From: Takakia lepidozioides
Taxonomy: Eukaryota; Plantae; Bryophyta
Direction of reading: 5' to 3'
Assembly (NCBI GenBank): GCA_030704615.1
Contig: CM060731.1
Span: 18,972,001 to 19,036,000 of the forward strand
Length of the DNA stretch: 64,000 nucleotides
In this document: piece after piece, positions 25,820-39,200 of the stretch
Layout: every line of letters starts with the position of its first letter
Numbering within the stretch: the first letter of the stretch is position 1
The notes under the pieces: model-generated
Seen by the model: the letters and a program-made list of their open reading frames with translations, nothing else
The model's database searches: none
What the model was told of the DNA's origin: nothing
Position numbers and translations under genes: made by a program

Positions 25820-27158
25820 ATGGATTGCGACTCAACCCATCTGCATTTCGATCGACCAAACCCGGTCGATGCACCACCTGAAAGTCATACTCTTGAAGGA
25901 TGAGTGCCCACCGTGCAAGCTTCCCCGTAAGCTTGTCTGACTCCATCAACCACTTGAGTGGTTGGTGATCCGTGACAAGGGTGAAGAGATTGACGTATAG
26001 ATAGCACCTGAAGTGTGCCACGGCCCACACTGCAGCTAAGCATTCTCCCTCATATGAGCTATACTTAGACTCTGCAGCATTGTTCGAGCGCTAGCATAAG
26101 CCACTACGAACTCTCTTCCCTCATCATCCACCTGTGTGAGCACCGCTCCAAGCCCCAGCATGCTCCAATCTGTATGCAGCTGAAAAGGACGCCCCCTGAT
26201 AGGTCGTCTCAAGATGGGCGCCGAGGTCAACCTCGCCTTGAGCTCTTGAAAAGCTTGTTCTTGCTCATCTTCCCACTGCCACTCCTGGTCCACCTTGGTC
26301 AGCTTGGTTAGAGCCTTTGCAATGGCACTAAATCCCTTAACAAACCGTCTGTAATAGTTTGCTAACCCCATGAAAGCTCGAACTCGGCTCACATCCGTGG
26401 GACGTGGAACCTGTGCAATGGACTCTACCTTAGTCTGCTGTACCCCCAATCCTCCAGGATATATCATGTGACCCAGGATACTCAATCTGGTTGTGGAAAA
26501 ACTTGCACTTGCCCGGATGTAACTTCAATCCGTGCGTCCTCAAGCGCTCAAATACCCCCTGAAGGTGTCTCTCATGCTCCTCCACCGCAGCACTAAAGAT
26601 GATGATGTCATCTATGTAGCACCGAGCAAACTCCACCCCTGCTAGAATCCTGTCCATGACTCTTTGAAACTCAGCGGGAGCGTTTTTAAGCCCAAATGGT
26701 AAGAACCGCCATTGGTATAGGCAATCCTTCCCGTGCTCATTGATCCCCCAGAATGCCGTCTTTTGCTTATCCGCCTCCTTGATCGGCAACTGGTGATATC
26801 CGGATCGTAAATCCAACGTGCTAAAGACCTTGGAATGCCCAATGGCATCAAAGATCTCCTCTGGTGTTGGCATGGCATACCTATCGGACTTGGTCTGACG
26901 ATTTACAGGCCGGTAATCACCGCACATACGTCTCTCCGTCCAATTGCCATAGACATCCTTCTTAGCTGGCATCACTGTGGCTGAAGCATACTTTCCACCA
27001 GAGAGCTCCACCAAACCTGCCTCCCAGAGATCTTGAGTCCTCATCTGAATCAAAGACCTCTCCATGTCACTGTATCTATAGGGTCTCCGAAAGATTGGCG
27101 TATCAGTGGCCAACTCAATACGGATCTCTTGACCCTTCAGTGCTCCCAAGTCCTTCAA
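25820..27158 (-). CDS. Reverse transcriptase and RNase H of the split-repeat element (frameshifted)
   Basis: [71 protein letters not shown]. Confidence 0.95.
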
Positions 27159-27599
27159 ACTGAAGGCAAAGCAATTCCTGTAAGCCCTCAGGAACCGCCG
27201 TATACGTCGTCTCTCTCCTCCGGTGACAATGGGTCCAATGTCAGGCTCCCAATTGTCCTCCGTAACTGCAACCTTAAGTCCAGTGGGCTTAGAGGTAGAG
27301 GACCCGTCCCGTGGTTGCTATGCTGCAACCTCTTGAGCAGTACCCCCTTCCTGCTCAGTCAATGACAAGGCCTCATCCTGCCCCATCATTTCATCCTTGA
27401 GAACCTCCTCATCCGAGAAGAATCCCCAACCTCATCCATCACAGCTGCCTTCGCTGCCAACTCCCTCTGAACCTCGAGCACCTCCCACATGTGCCATGGA
27501 TGTCTACACCTCGTGGTCCTCACCGGCTCGCCCCCACTCGCTGCCTGTACCGTCTCGGTAGGCAGAGAGACCGTCAAGGGAAGTACACTCCGCACTCTA

Positions 27600-28490
27600 C
27601 GTTGCTCAGCCATAGCCAAGCTGACAATCCAGGTCAAGCAATTGAGATCCATTGCTTGCCCCAACACCTGACGACGTGATGCCTCAGAAAGAGAAGGCAC
27701 CGCCGTGGTCCCAGTGGAAACCCCATAGCCCGCTCTCGCTCGTCGGCATTAGGCTCCACTAACTGCTGCAACTGAGCATCCCACAGGAGGCCAGGTCCAC
27801 CATCCCGAAAAGCATGGGATCCTGGGAAGCTGAGCAGTGTAGGTAATGCTGCTCGTGGTTGACCCACCCTATTGACCACTGCCAAAGGCGAACGGTCATC
27901 GTGTCTCACACGTTGAGACTGCCTTCCTGTGTCCAAAATGCCATCCACGGTGAGGTGTGCTGGCCGCTGCACCCCATCAAATGCACGCTTGAGCAGTGCT
28001 GTGGCATCAAGGACTTGATGCACACTGGCCATCACCCTGGCCCGAGAATCACCCATCAGTGGTACATTCTCCAAGATGTATGCTGGAGATACAGCTTGAT
28101 GAAGCTGCAAGCAACGCAAAATCCGCACCATCTCCCAAAAACAGACCCGTCTCGAGTCTCGTAATCCATTGCCATGCCCGGCTGATGAATTGCCCTTGGC
28201 AGGGCCAACCTCCACTATCAGATCATAGAGCCAACCTGCTCCAAATCTTGCGCCCCCAACAAGGAAATGTCTGCTGGCAAGGCTTGTTGGTATCCACGAA
28301 CTGCAGATCACAGGCAACAAGTCAGGGTACTACTGCTGTACCAACTGAGCCACATGGCGCAGTGAGACGCGTCGTGCAGTCTCATCTCCTCTCCACATAC
28401 AGGTAACGCCTTACCCACCCTGCCTGTAAGCACAGCAGCCATCCGGTGCTGATCCCGCCAAACAAGTCAGAAGGCAAATGCCTTCATCCG
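27600..28490 (-). pseudogene. C5-cytosine DNA methyltransferase domain (DNMT3-like) embedded between protease and RT; frameshifted, motif VIII apparently deleted
   Basis: Read across indels: motif I DLFGGISTG (~28445-28470), motif IV DLIV.GWPCQG (~28190-28225), motif VI YILENV (~28063-28082), motif IX ERERAMGFP (~27715-27745), motif X RRQVLGQAM (~27650-27676). Confidence 0.88.
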
Positions 28491-28899
28491 GCCGCTGCCA
28501 TACAAGAGTGTGGTGTCCCATGCGACAAATGAGGTGGCCTGGTGCAATCACCGAACATCCCTCCTCTCCTGACGTAAAAAAGCTTCTTCCCAAGCTTGTT
28601 GCACCCTCCATCAGCAGCTTGCTGCAATCTTTGCTCGTACCCCACAACGGGGTGTGAGCAACCATGGCAGGCACTCCGCCGTACCAATGCATGTCCATCT
28701 CCTGCTGCTGGAGGTGGCACATCTCTGCATGGACATTGCCTTCCAGCAACTCTCCAGGCCAACTAACGGCAGTGTGAAGGCGGCTAGTGTTGCACTGCCC
28801 CGCGGGGCAGCTGCAATAGCCCCAATGAATGTCACAACAGTAGCTGTGCACGGCGACCATCCCCTGACTGCCATCCAGGCCTGTAGGATGCTGACTCCT

Positions 28900-29200
28900 C
28901 CAGAAATCCAGGGTGAAGCCCATGGGGTATAACACTGCCCCCCAACGCGGACATCGTAAGAGACCGCGTCTGTCACAATGGCCTTGGCTCGCATCACTGA
29001 GCCATCACAGGATGATCCGGCTGCAGTCTAATAGCCAACTGATGTCGTGTCATTCCGCGAGCCTGCCTGATCCTCCCAGAGATGTCTGTATCTGGAAAGG
29101 ACAAGGCTCCAATATCCCCTCCATGAGGCCCACCTGCAATAGCAGCTCTGCCCAACATCAGTGGCTGAGCTCCTGAGTCCCACAAGACCCGCAGTGGCCG
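28900..29200 (-). CDS. Aspartic protease domain (frameshifted)
   Basis: DSGAQPLML active-site motif and downstream YDVRVGG flap-like motif. Confidence 0.7.
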
Positions 29201-29599
29201 GTACTACTTCTTGCCTGCCGTCCACTCAAAGTGAAATGCCTCCTGGTTGTCTAACAAGACACTCCAGGTGTCACCATGGCGCGCTCATTGCTGGCCTAGC
29301 TGCAGCTCCGTCAACCTAGCACCTGCAGCTTGCCAGGGCGCTGCCGTGGCAGTCTTGACCCTCAAATCCGAGGATCCCTCTGCCACTACACCTTCCACTA
29401 ACTCCGCAGAAGATGAAGTGACCTCCCCACTCTCACAGAGTGTTGCTGCCTAGTCTGAACACTGCAGCTGGTCTCACCCACCCCGGCGTCGCAATCATTG
29501 TTGCCCGAGAACAGTGGGGCCTGACACACAGAGGTGGCTGCCCCCATAACACACCGCGCTACTAGCCTTGGCAGCAGGAGTCAATGCCTGCACGTGTAG

Positions 29600-31420
29600 C
29601 TCCCCCCAATGGCATAGTAACCTCCGCCTCGGTAACAGTCGGGAGAGAACTAGGTGCCATGGATGGCGTTGACACAGTCTCCGCCAATGTGAATGACTGA
29701 GGAAGCCTTGCCTGACGGCTTGCCTTCCCCACGCTGTGGATCCAATTCCATCTCTGCACCTCGTGGCTCAGGAACTCGTGCTGCTCCTCGAGTCACGGCG
29801 GCAGCAGACTCCACCTGCTCTAGTGGTAGTGCTTGCTCCGCACATAATCCCATGCCTCCCATATCTCCTCCCTCATGAGCAGGAGGGTGGACCATCCCGC
29901 CTGGGAGCCCGTTACCCGCCTGAGCTATAGCCATGGCAGCGAGCCTCTGCTCTAGCTGCTGAAGCCGGTTGGCCATGCCTTGATCAACGCCCTGACCTCC
30001 GCGTCCTTGGCCATGTTGAGCTTGCCCTTGGCCTGCACCTCGTGCCCGACCAACTCGTCCTCTCTGGGCTGGTCCACCTTGCCCCCGGCCACCATTGTTC
30101 CCTTGGAACTGGCCTGGGCGCAACTCAGGATGCAAGTCATAACACTGGGCATCTCCATGCCCATACTTGCACAATGCCCACACTGCAACTGTGCAGGCCT
30201 GTGCTTGTGCCGGCCTTCTGCCACTCTCTGGGCATCTCTCTTGACATGGGGTCCTCCACATGTCCAACATATCACCCCTGGTTGCTGTGGGCCTGCAAAA
30301 GATGCCACGGGCCTCTGCACCTGAGGCCCCCTGTAAGCTCCATGGACTTGGGCTGGGCAACCTTCCTGCCCCCCTGACCACGCTGTTGGCAGTCCTTGTG
30401 CTTGTGGGCTGACAGCTGTGCCCCGTACAGGCATGTCCTTGCCAAATCCAATTGTAACAACTCGTTCCTCACCATGTTGAGCTCAATCCGCTCAGCCAGC
30501 AGAAACACATCTGCTAATGTGGGTTGGGCTGCTTGTAACAGGGTTGCATCTCGCACCCCTTCTCCCTTGAGCTCCTTGTCCAGAATTCCATACCAAAACT
30601 GGATTGCCTGAGCTTCAGTAACCCCTTGGGTCACACTTATCAGCGCCTCATACGAGTGTACGCCTCTCGCAGGCTCTCACTGGGTTTGCGCTGGAAGTCT
30701 TGCAAACTTCGCAGCTTCTCTGTCGTCCGTACACCTTGGTATTTCCTCTCCGCAACTCCTGGAAGAACTCCACCACCGGGTGAATCTAGGCACATGTGTT
30801 GTAGTTGTGGCAGGAGGAGTAGTAGCACCTTCTGAACTGGTACCACTGCAGAAGTACCAGCACTACCTGCTCCACTACTAGTGCTGGCAGTGGGAGCTAT
30901 TGGTACTGATGCATGCTAACTGGTCGCGTCGTGCCTCGAGTAATGGAGATGTAGTTAGGTGACCAATACATATCCCCACTCCTCAATCTCTGCTTCATGT
31001 CCTCGCCTGAACTCGTGTAGCGTCCATAAGCTGAGCTTCCAAATGCTGGAACAGTCCCTTCACGCCATGAATGGGGTGAATAGATGTGGATTGCGCATCT
31101 GCTGCAAATCACACCAGCTGTCGAACTCCTGGATAAAGTCATCCAACTCGATTGTGCCCACCGCTCCAGAGTACCTACGAGGCCCCTTGGTAGCTCCATA
31201 ACATCTCCTCCATGTCGTCCCACAACATGGCGAATGAAAGTGCACACCTTTTGATGAAGCCTCCGAGTCTGTGTCTGACTCTACAGTAATTGAGGGTGGC
31301 GGTGAAGGTGGTCTGAAACCGAATACCTCGTCTTGTGAACCCACTCTCACTGTTACTGCCTGTAGCCGTACTCCCTCAAAACCCTTGGGTAACTCCGTAA
31401 TGACACTCACAATGTGCAAC
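29600..31420 (-). CDS. Gag (retrotransposon gag domain and zinc knuckles), fragmented by frameshifts
   Basis: RYSG...LDDFIQEFDSWC; LQDFQRKPSESLREAYTRM; CWTCGGPH and a second CxxC...GH knuckle. Confidence 0.75.
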
Positions 31421-33269
31421 CTCCTCCAGTGGACACTATAAGGCTCTAGTACTAATCTCTAGTGACACGGGTGGGCACCTGTTGCAGTCTAAGGGTCATA
31501 TCCCAGTGGCTCAGGGCACCTGCACCTGCATCCACCGCAAGAACTCCTATGGTTGGCTGGTCATCAACCCCAGCCTCACCATAGAAGAAACACTGGTGGT
31601 CTTGCTGGTCATCACTCACTCCAGCCTCACCACCGACAGCATACTCTAGGATTGACCGGTGATCCAATCCGGCCTAATCCCTATGAAAGCAAGCGCCCAC
31701 ACAAAACCAACATGGCGCACAGTCAAGCGCATGGTGTGTGGGGGGGGTATCCAAACACAAGAAATCAAAACATCACCACCCCCACACCAAATCCATCTGC
31801 AATGCTGATCCTGCAGAATATCCCAGCCCAAAACCCCGGACTGACTGCCTCCACCAAGAGGCTTTGGCAACTACAAGTATAAGGTAATGAAATAGTACAG
31901 AGATGGAGGGAAGAATAGAAGCCCGCCCCCCACAAGATCTAACCCTGATCTATGCTATCAACTTCCAGACTTCTCTCAAAGTACCTCAGCTCTGCTTGAT
32001 GGTAAGGTGTAGGAGGTATATCTATGTCCAGAAACCTGCCCAAACCTTGTCCCAAGCTACAGTAGCTCGCTCTAACCAACCCTCCTCCTCTTTCGCCTTT
32101 TCTGCCAGGTAGAGACAAAACAACACTCTGCTATCTCCCGCTCACTGAACACTAAAGAAACAAAGGTAGGGTCTGATAGTCCTCAACTCGAAAGCTTTGA
32201 GACGGTTGCGGGTGTCTTCATTGCGAATGATGACTGCATCGCCTTCAAACAGAACAAACTTGTCCTCGCTAATGAACCCCCGCTCGTGGTCCTTGTGGCA
32301 GAGCGTGTCCGACTGCAACACTGTCTAATTGCACAAACTTGTGCAGCTCCTGCTCCTCTGCTCCAGTACACCACGGCCTTGTGGCTGAACACCTTGGTCC
32401 CCGGTGCTGTCTTTGGTGTGTTCCAAGCCTAGCTTTCACCCACTTTGGTAATTTCACCTACAGCTCAGAACTGCTGGCTCCAACAGAGTTCTGACTGTCC
32501 AAGGCGATATTGAGGCCCTCAATGCCAACTCACAGCAGTCTGTTGTCTACTGCTAATGCCTTACTCCCAGTATGCAATCAATCGTCCAACTGTTCTCCCT
32601 CAAATCAGTCTGAGTTCCTTGGGAAACATAAATCCTGTCCCCTTGTGTGCACAGGCTAAGAGAAGAGACCTGCCCTTCAATTACGTCCTCATTTCCCCCA
32701 CCATGCAAGGAGTACATCCACAGGTTTGTCTCTCATATAGGCCAGCACAGGTTTCTAGAAACAGGATTGTGGATATTTCGTGGCACACTCACACTCTAAA
32801 AATTCCATAGATTTTTAGCAGAGTCCCAAAAACAGAAACCAGGTCTAGATAGGTAGATTTCCCCTTTCTGCAGCTATCCCCCTCAAAAACTGTGTCAAAC
32901 AGAGTTCATTTGCCAAAGATATGACCAATTAGGCTCTAAAATCCTTTAACTTAGATCAAAAGGGTTTTTTTCTTTTTTTTCTTTTTCTTTTTCTTTTCTT
33001 TTCAAATTTAAAAATTCAAAGGAAGGTGAGAAGCTCTTTGGAAACTTCCCCTATCCTTACATGCTTTTCCACCTGGGTCATGCTTTCTCCCTGCATGGGG
33101 TGGAATTTGCATATGCTTATCAGCGTTGGAGAGGGCGGCAAGAGCGGACGTACTGATTGCGGGCGTACAGAGCTGAAGGATGGGCTTTAGGGGCTATGGC
33201 GGCTGTCTCAATGCAGGTTGTAGCGGAAGTCTCCTGCTCGACTCTGTGGCAGTCGGGCTTTCTGGCGGG

Positions 33270-33520
33270 TTCCAATGTGCAGATGGTTACCACCTCCATG
33301 GGGATGCTCACAGGGTTCATGGCCACACCCCGCACCTTAGTCCAGCTATTGCGCTTCACCTTGTACTTGTGATATGCACACCTTCAGCATAGTCTTCTCT
33401 GTTCGGCCCCTTCCAGCAACCCTGCCCTACCATCGCTCGGCATCCGCTTGGTATAACCTTCTTTGCTCCCTTAGTGAGAAGGATGTATCTTTTGTGCTCG
33501 TTGCATTCGTGTCCAATTAC
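33270..33520 (-). pseudogene. RPL8: Intronless captured fragment of 60S ribosomal protein uL2 (L8), C-terminal part
   Basis: GAKKVIPSGCRAMVGQ...[15 protein letters not shown]...[13 protein letters not shown]. Confidence 0.9.
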
Positions 33521-33537
33521 TCCATCTACGTTGAGGA

Positions 33538-33850
33538 TCAAAGAGAAAGCAACGACACCTGCTCGTCAAGCGAGCACTCAACACAGCACGAAGTGCGGCA
33601 GCGAGCTGGAATGAGCACAAGGCCCAGGCTACGTTGTTCCATAGGCGGGGGCTCCTTCATCACTGATGCAGAGGGGCCAGGAATTTGCCTGAACTCCAGA
33701 GTGTCATACAAAATTATGTTCCCTTGTTTGTCCAGACAATGAAATTTCTCCACAAACACTCGTCCGTCCTCTACTCCCACACGCAGCCTGCGATACAGAA
33801 GCTTCCGCGCCCGCTTTCACAATGGGCTTCACCGTCTCCACTCCCTGCTC
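33538..33850 (-). pseudogene. Intronless captured copy of a plant Sm-like protein (NAA38/LSMD1 type)
   Basis: RKLLYRRLRVGVEDGRVFVEKFHCLDKQGNIILYDTLEFR...EQRSLGLVLIPARCRTSC...EQVSLL matches the plant LSMD1/NAA38 pattern as recalled. Confidence 0.8.
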
Positions 33851-33928
33851 CTCCTGCTTCTCTTCTCTACCTTCTTCTGCTGCAGCCGTCCACTTTGTTG
33901 GAGTAGGATCCCCTCCTCGGGTCGAAGG

Positions 33929-34316
<388 letters not shown>

Positions 34317-34835
34317 TCAGGAATTCGCCAATATTGCAATACACAATACTTGATCACCTTGCTGACACGGAGAGGAAAAAAATCATGCATTCATGCAGGA
34401 AGCAACAGCCTGCCCCACAGCCCGCCTCATGGCTACCGCTCTCCGGTGCAACGTCCAGCAATGCTTCCAGCCACCTCAGACTGCCATCAACTCACCGAAG
34501 TTGCGCATGAGGAAAATCGCTCCTGCAAAAAGCGCCTCTGCTCGCAACAACCTCAAGTGTGCAGCCAGCTTCTCCTCATCTCCACTGCCCACTGCTTCTT
34601 CAATTTCGGAAAGGCAGTCGCAGCCATGCTTGCTGGATTGCACCGACTCCCTCTTTGTCTATCCTCTTTGTTTATTGCTGCAACTTGACCCATTCTCAGA
34701 TATAGCCACATGTTGACAACAAATTGCAGCAACATCTCAAGCCTCCCGTTCTGCTCCCCGTGACCAAGCTATATTATAATAGTGCTTAAAAAACAAAAAC
34801 ATCATATCTAGCTTAGCACTGGAAAACTAGATAGA

Positions 34836-34852
34836 GCTCATCTTTCTCGAGT
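34836..34852 (-). other. Putative self-priming primer-binding site, complementary to 35031-35047 in the 5' repeat
   Basis: GCTCATCTTTCTCGAGT is the exact reverse complement of ACTCGAGAAAGATGAGC. No TGG-type tRNA PBS is evident. Confidence 0.7.
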
Positions 34853-34862
34853 GATAGAAACC

Positions 34863-35197
34863 AACGAACACACTGGTTACACAAAACATGAAAACCAAAC
34901 CATCACTCTTAAAACAGTAGTCGAGCCAGGGGCACCCCAGCTATGGGGACTCCACCCCACAACAACCTACACTCCCATCATGAGTACACTCAGACCTAAA
35001 CGCATGCAGGAGTTCGGTCGCGCAGGCTCAACTCGAGAAAGATGAGCCGCGCGACTGCCGCTCTCGTGAAGATAAGATGGACCAGGTGTCAAACTAAACT
35101 TGACACCTGATTTAACACTTGACCTAAATCCAAGTGTTAAATACAAATAACTAGTTTTATTCTAGCTGTTTTCACACTGTGCTTATTTAACTTGACA
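34863..35197 (-). repeat. 5' terminal repeat B (335 bp)
   Basis: Matches 23501-23837 except two 1-bp indels and one C/T change. Confidence 0.95.
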
Positions 35198-36215
35198 GAA
35201 GGTTTATTCGCCCTCCCACGGGTTTGGGCGTTTCCGACACTCGTAAGACCTCGCCACCATTCCCACATGGCAGCGTTACTACTCTCTTGCGGCCATCTAT
35301 GACCACTCCGGATTTGCTCAAAAGGTCATCCCCAAAATGAGATCCACTCCATCGATCTTGCAGATGGTGAAGTTCTCACGTCCCTCCCAACTCCCCAGTT
35401 GAAGAGGAACATCAAACATCAACCTTGTCGCCAATTGCGGTTCTCCTTTGGCAGAACGCACCTCAATAGAGGCCCCCACGTCACTTGTCGGGAGTCCCAG
35501 CTTTTGTGTCGTTGCCGATGTCATGAAGGAGTGCGACACTCCTGTGTCCACCAACAACGACACGTTAGTTCCGGATATTATCCCATCCACGAACAATAAC
35601 TGACTCCCTTTACGTAAGGCGCCAGTTTCCTGATACAACTCACAAGAAAATTTGCCTACCTTGCAAGTCCTGGCGACCACCGCTTCCACCAAGCGACTGA
35701 TGGTATCTTCCGACAGCTCTGTGGTCGCCCGAGTCATGTTCAATTGTCGGGGCTTCGTGCACTTCTTGGCCATGTGCCCGGGCTCCCCGCAATTGAAACA
35801 TACTCCATCAAAGGTCGCCTTCTGTCCGCCATAGGCCGCTCCACCCGCTTTTCCTTTCGAAGCACCGGGTGCCGCCTTGACTTGTGAAGGCCCTCCCTTC
35901 GATTTCCACGTGCCATTGTCGCCGCGTGGCCTATCCCACTTCTTTTCCGGTCGGAAGGAGTCACCTTCCCGCCGGGTCTTCTTGTGGTTCAGCTCCGTAC
36001 GGCCTTGTCTTTCACCCTTAGGGACATCCGAGAAACATGCAGCCCTCTCAATTGCCTCGCTCAAAGTTTTAGGTGACTTCTCCTCCAACTTCCGCCTGGC
36101 CCATGGGGCCAGTCCCGCCACAAAGTTGAAGACCATTTCTGGTTCTGCCATGTCCGCGACTTCGAGCAACAGCACATTGAAAGCCTGGACATATCCCCGA
36201 ATGTCATCTGTTTGC
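35198..36215 (-). mobile_element. Outer Ty3/gypsy element, gag-protease part (same element as 21995-23413, split by the 23414-35197 insertion)
   Basis: QTDDIRGYVQAF gag motif, zinc knuckle CFNCGEPGHMAKKC, protease LLVDTGVSHSF...DLILGM. Removing 23414-35197 and one GAAG copy restores the frame ...PVGGRINLLSAREW... Confidence 0.93.
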
Positions 36216-36249
36216 TACTCATCCACCACATTATGCAGTGAAAAGCAAC

Positions 36250-39200
36250 CGCACCATTGGCGAACGTAGGTCCTAAGACATCCCACGTGAGCGTTGTATG
36301 GAAGATTGAAGATTGAATCATTGTAACAATTCACTTAATTGCAACCCACCTTTGGCGAACGAAGGTGCTTCATATTGTAGTAGCAAAATGTGATACAACA
36401 ATATTGAAATGAGGTGGATGAAGACTTCATCATCTCACTTATCAGGAACCCACCTTTGGCGAACGTAGGTGCCCCATCTTTTACTGATGATGTGCCTTCC
36501 ATCTCCGACAAACGTAGGCTCCCCGGGTTGGTTCACAACGCATAAAGGCTATTATTTATCGCAGGTATTCAATGAAAAGTATTGCACCTTCATCAGTTCA
36601 AATCATAGTAATGTCGTAGTAATTTCTGCCATGGCAACATCGTGGGCCATTAATGTAGATGATTCTAGGTAGGTTTGCCATAATTGCGGAGTAATGAACA
36701 GATTTGTTTTTGGTTTGGCTGCCCACCGAACCTAGCATGTTTGCTATGTATGGAAGTTTGGTTAGTGTGTGTATATATATCCCTGTGACAATCCTTCTCA
36801 TCTCACTCTCACTTGCTTCCTCTGTTGCTCTGCTATTTCACACTCTTGTTCTCTTACTTTCAATCCATACTTTCTGTCATCTTCTTGTATTCTCCCTTCT
36901 CCCGTTATTTTCTCTATGGGCTCATGGAGCTCCCCATCCTCTCTTCTTGAGGTTGATGGCAGGAGTTATGTAGAAGAGTTGAAACAGAATGTGTCAACTC
37001 TGAGAAGCTGTATTATTTCTACGACCGCAACTATCCGCGAGGAGTTCGATAGAATCTTGAAAGAGGTAGAGCGCTATTATGAACGTGACACAAACGACGG
37101 CTCTTACGGTGAGTTGATCCACCTCTTGTACGATTACAAGAATCTTGTGGTGGACGTTGAGGGTCTATGCGTCCACCGGCACGACTTGGACAAGGAAATT
37201 TGGGAGCAGGAGAACAGCCGTGCTGCTCAAGTTGGTCTTCGTAAGATGGACTTCATTGCATACCAAGAGGACCTAATCCTGCACTTTAGAGCTGAAAACA
37301 GGCGTTTGCACACGGAGGGTCAGAGCAGGTCGAGGGCTGCAGTAGAACATAAGCGTCGGGCCATTCATTTCGAACAGATGCTGCAGCATGAAAGAAGTTC
37401 CAGGGAACTTAATTTTGAGATAACGGCGAGAGAGCACAGGGTGGCTTCACTGAGACTAAATACGGCTGCACTACTTAGGTGCACGGCTGTGGTTTTACAG
37501 AAAAACGATCTCATTCATTTGGTTGAGGCTAGTTCATGGGGACAAAGCAGTATCGTAGTAGTGGCAACAAGCAGCAGCTGTGCATAGTTCAATGTAGTGC
37601 TTGTGTCATTGGAGACCCTTGGGTCATTGTTGTTTTTATTTTTGGGTTGTATACTTGCATGAGCTGAACCGTTCTTCATGTTTCATTGATTTTGAAATAC
37701 AAAGAATGTCGACTTGAAATTGTTTACTAGAATTATCCTCCCTCGACAATCCATTTAGAGATTGTTTTGACCGATTAAACATGTTCTTTTTGAATTTAAA
37801 TAGGTTAATCACATTTGTTGCAGGGATAGTTATTAATAGTGCATTATGTTATTGAACTATTAATATGAACATATCCCAACTCCAACTGCCTAAGGTCGTT
37901 AAGAATTTTGCTATGCACCATAAATGAAAAAACTTATGCCACCTTCAAGTAAGATGGTATTGAATTTGGAAATCACTGAATCAAGAGGTCCTTCAACCGG
38001 AACTGGAGCAAACCAATGTACGTGAATCTATGTCTTAAGATGGTAAAATGTTGTTTGGTTAAAACTTAAAATTTCTGTTTATGTTGTCCAAAATCATGCA
38101 GTTTCCTATGGTTCGAAGGGTTTAGGATAACGAGTTTAGCAAAATTGACAATTCGAATGGCAAAAGTAGTCGACCAATGTACATTAGTGGTTAATTTGTA
38201 AATGTATTCAAAATCATCCAACTTCCTATTTTTGGTAGGGCTACCGATATTCCGTTCAGCAAAATCGACCTTCGAATGCCAATTGTAGTCAACCACCGAA
38301 CAGTCACTACCAGTTTTTTGAATATTATTTCGGATATAAATCTACCAACCGTGCTTTCAAGCGCATCATTATACTATAAAAAATAATTGTCATATTTACC
38401 CAACCGGCACCTCTGGCTGCCAAAGGTGGTTTAAATTGTTCAAAACATTTTGCAGAACCATAAGATCCTAAGTAACCTTCGATCCCCGAAGGTGCACAAG
38501 AGGAACTTGATACGATGTCATCTTTCGTAGTCGACATCAATTGTCATAGTGCTTGAAGGCGGACCACATCATTTTTCAGGGAAAAAAATAGAATCCACGA
38601 CCCCAATTCAGCCACACTTTTCAACATTCGTCCAACAAAGGTGCCTCTCCGGTGCCATACACTCTCTGTTATATATGTAATTATGCCAGGTCCGTCTTTT
38701 CTGATAGTTTTATTTATGTATTTGGTTGATTTTGCCACCTTCGTTGAACGGAGGTTTGTCAATTGATGTTTTTACTATGAGTCTAATAGTTATATGGTCT
38801 GTCATGTTTGATAATATAATTTCGACCACTATTGATTTTAACTGTAAAACGGTGTGCCCACTGGTGATTTTTACTCTTATATTATATGAAATGGTCTGAG
38901 ATGGTTATCTTATTTTGGAGCCAAATAAATGTTAGATTGGTTGTAGGTGTTCATTGGTTTGCGACCTTCAAGTGCAACTGGTCTTGTATTTTGAAGTTCC
39001 CGTGTATTTTGAAGTTCAGTTCCCGTGTCTCTCCATATCGGGAGTTTCACATTATTCAAATATTATATCAAGTTATTGTTGTCCTTCCTATTTTTGAATA
39101 TTTCCTATTTAAATTTTATATTTATTAATGAAATATGTGTAGTATATATTTATGAAATTGCCACCTTCGGATGCCGAAGGTCTTGAACTTTGGGAGTTCT

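Noticed and set aside
37900-38900. AT-rich short minus-strand ORFs
   Set aside because: Fragmented, with no recognisable motif; treated as decayed element interior.
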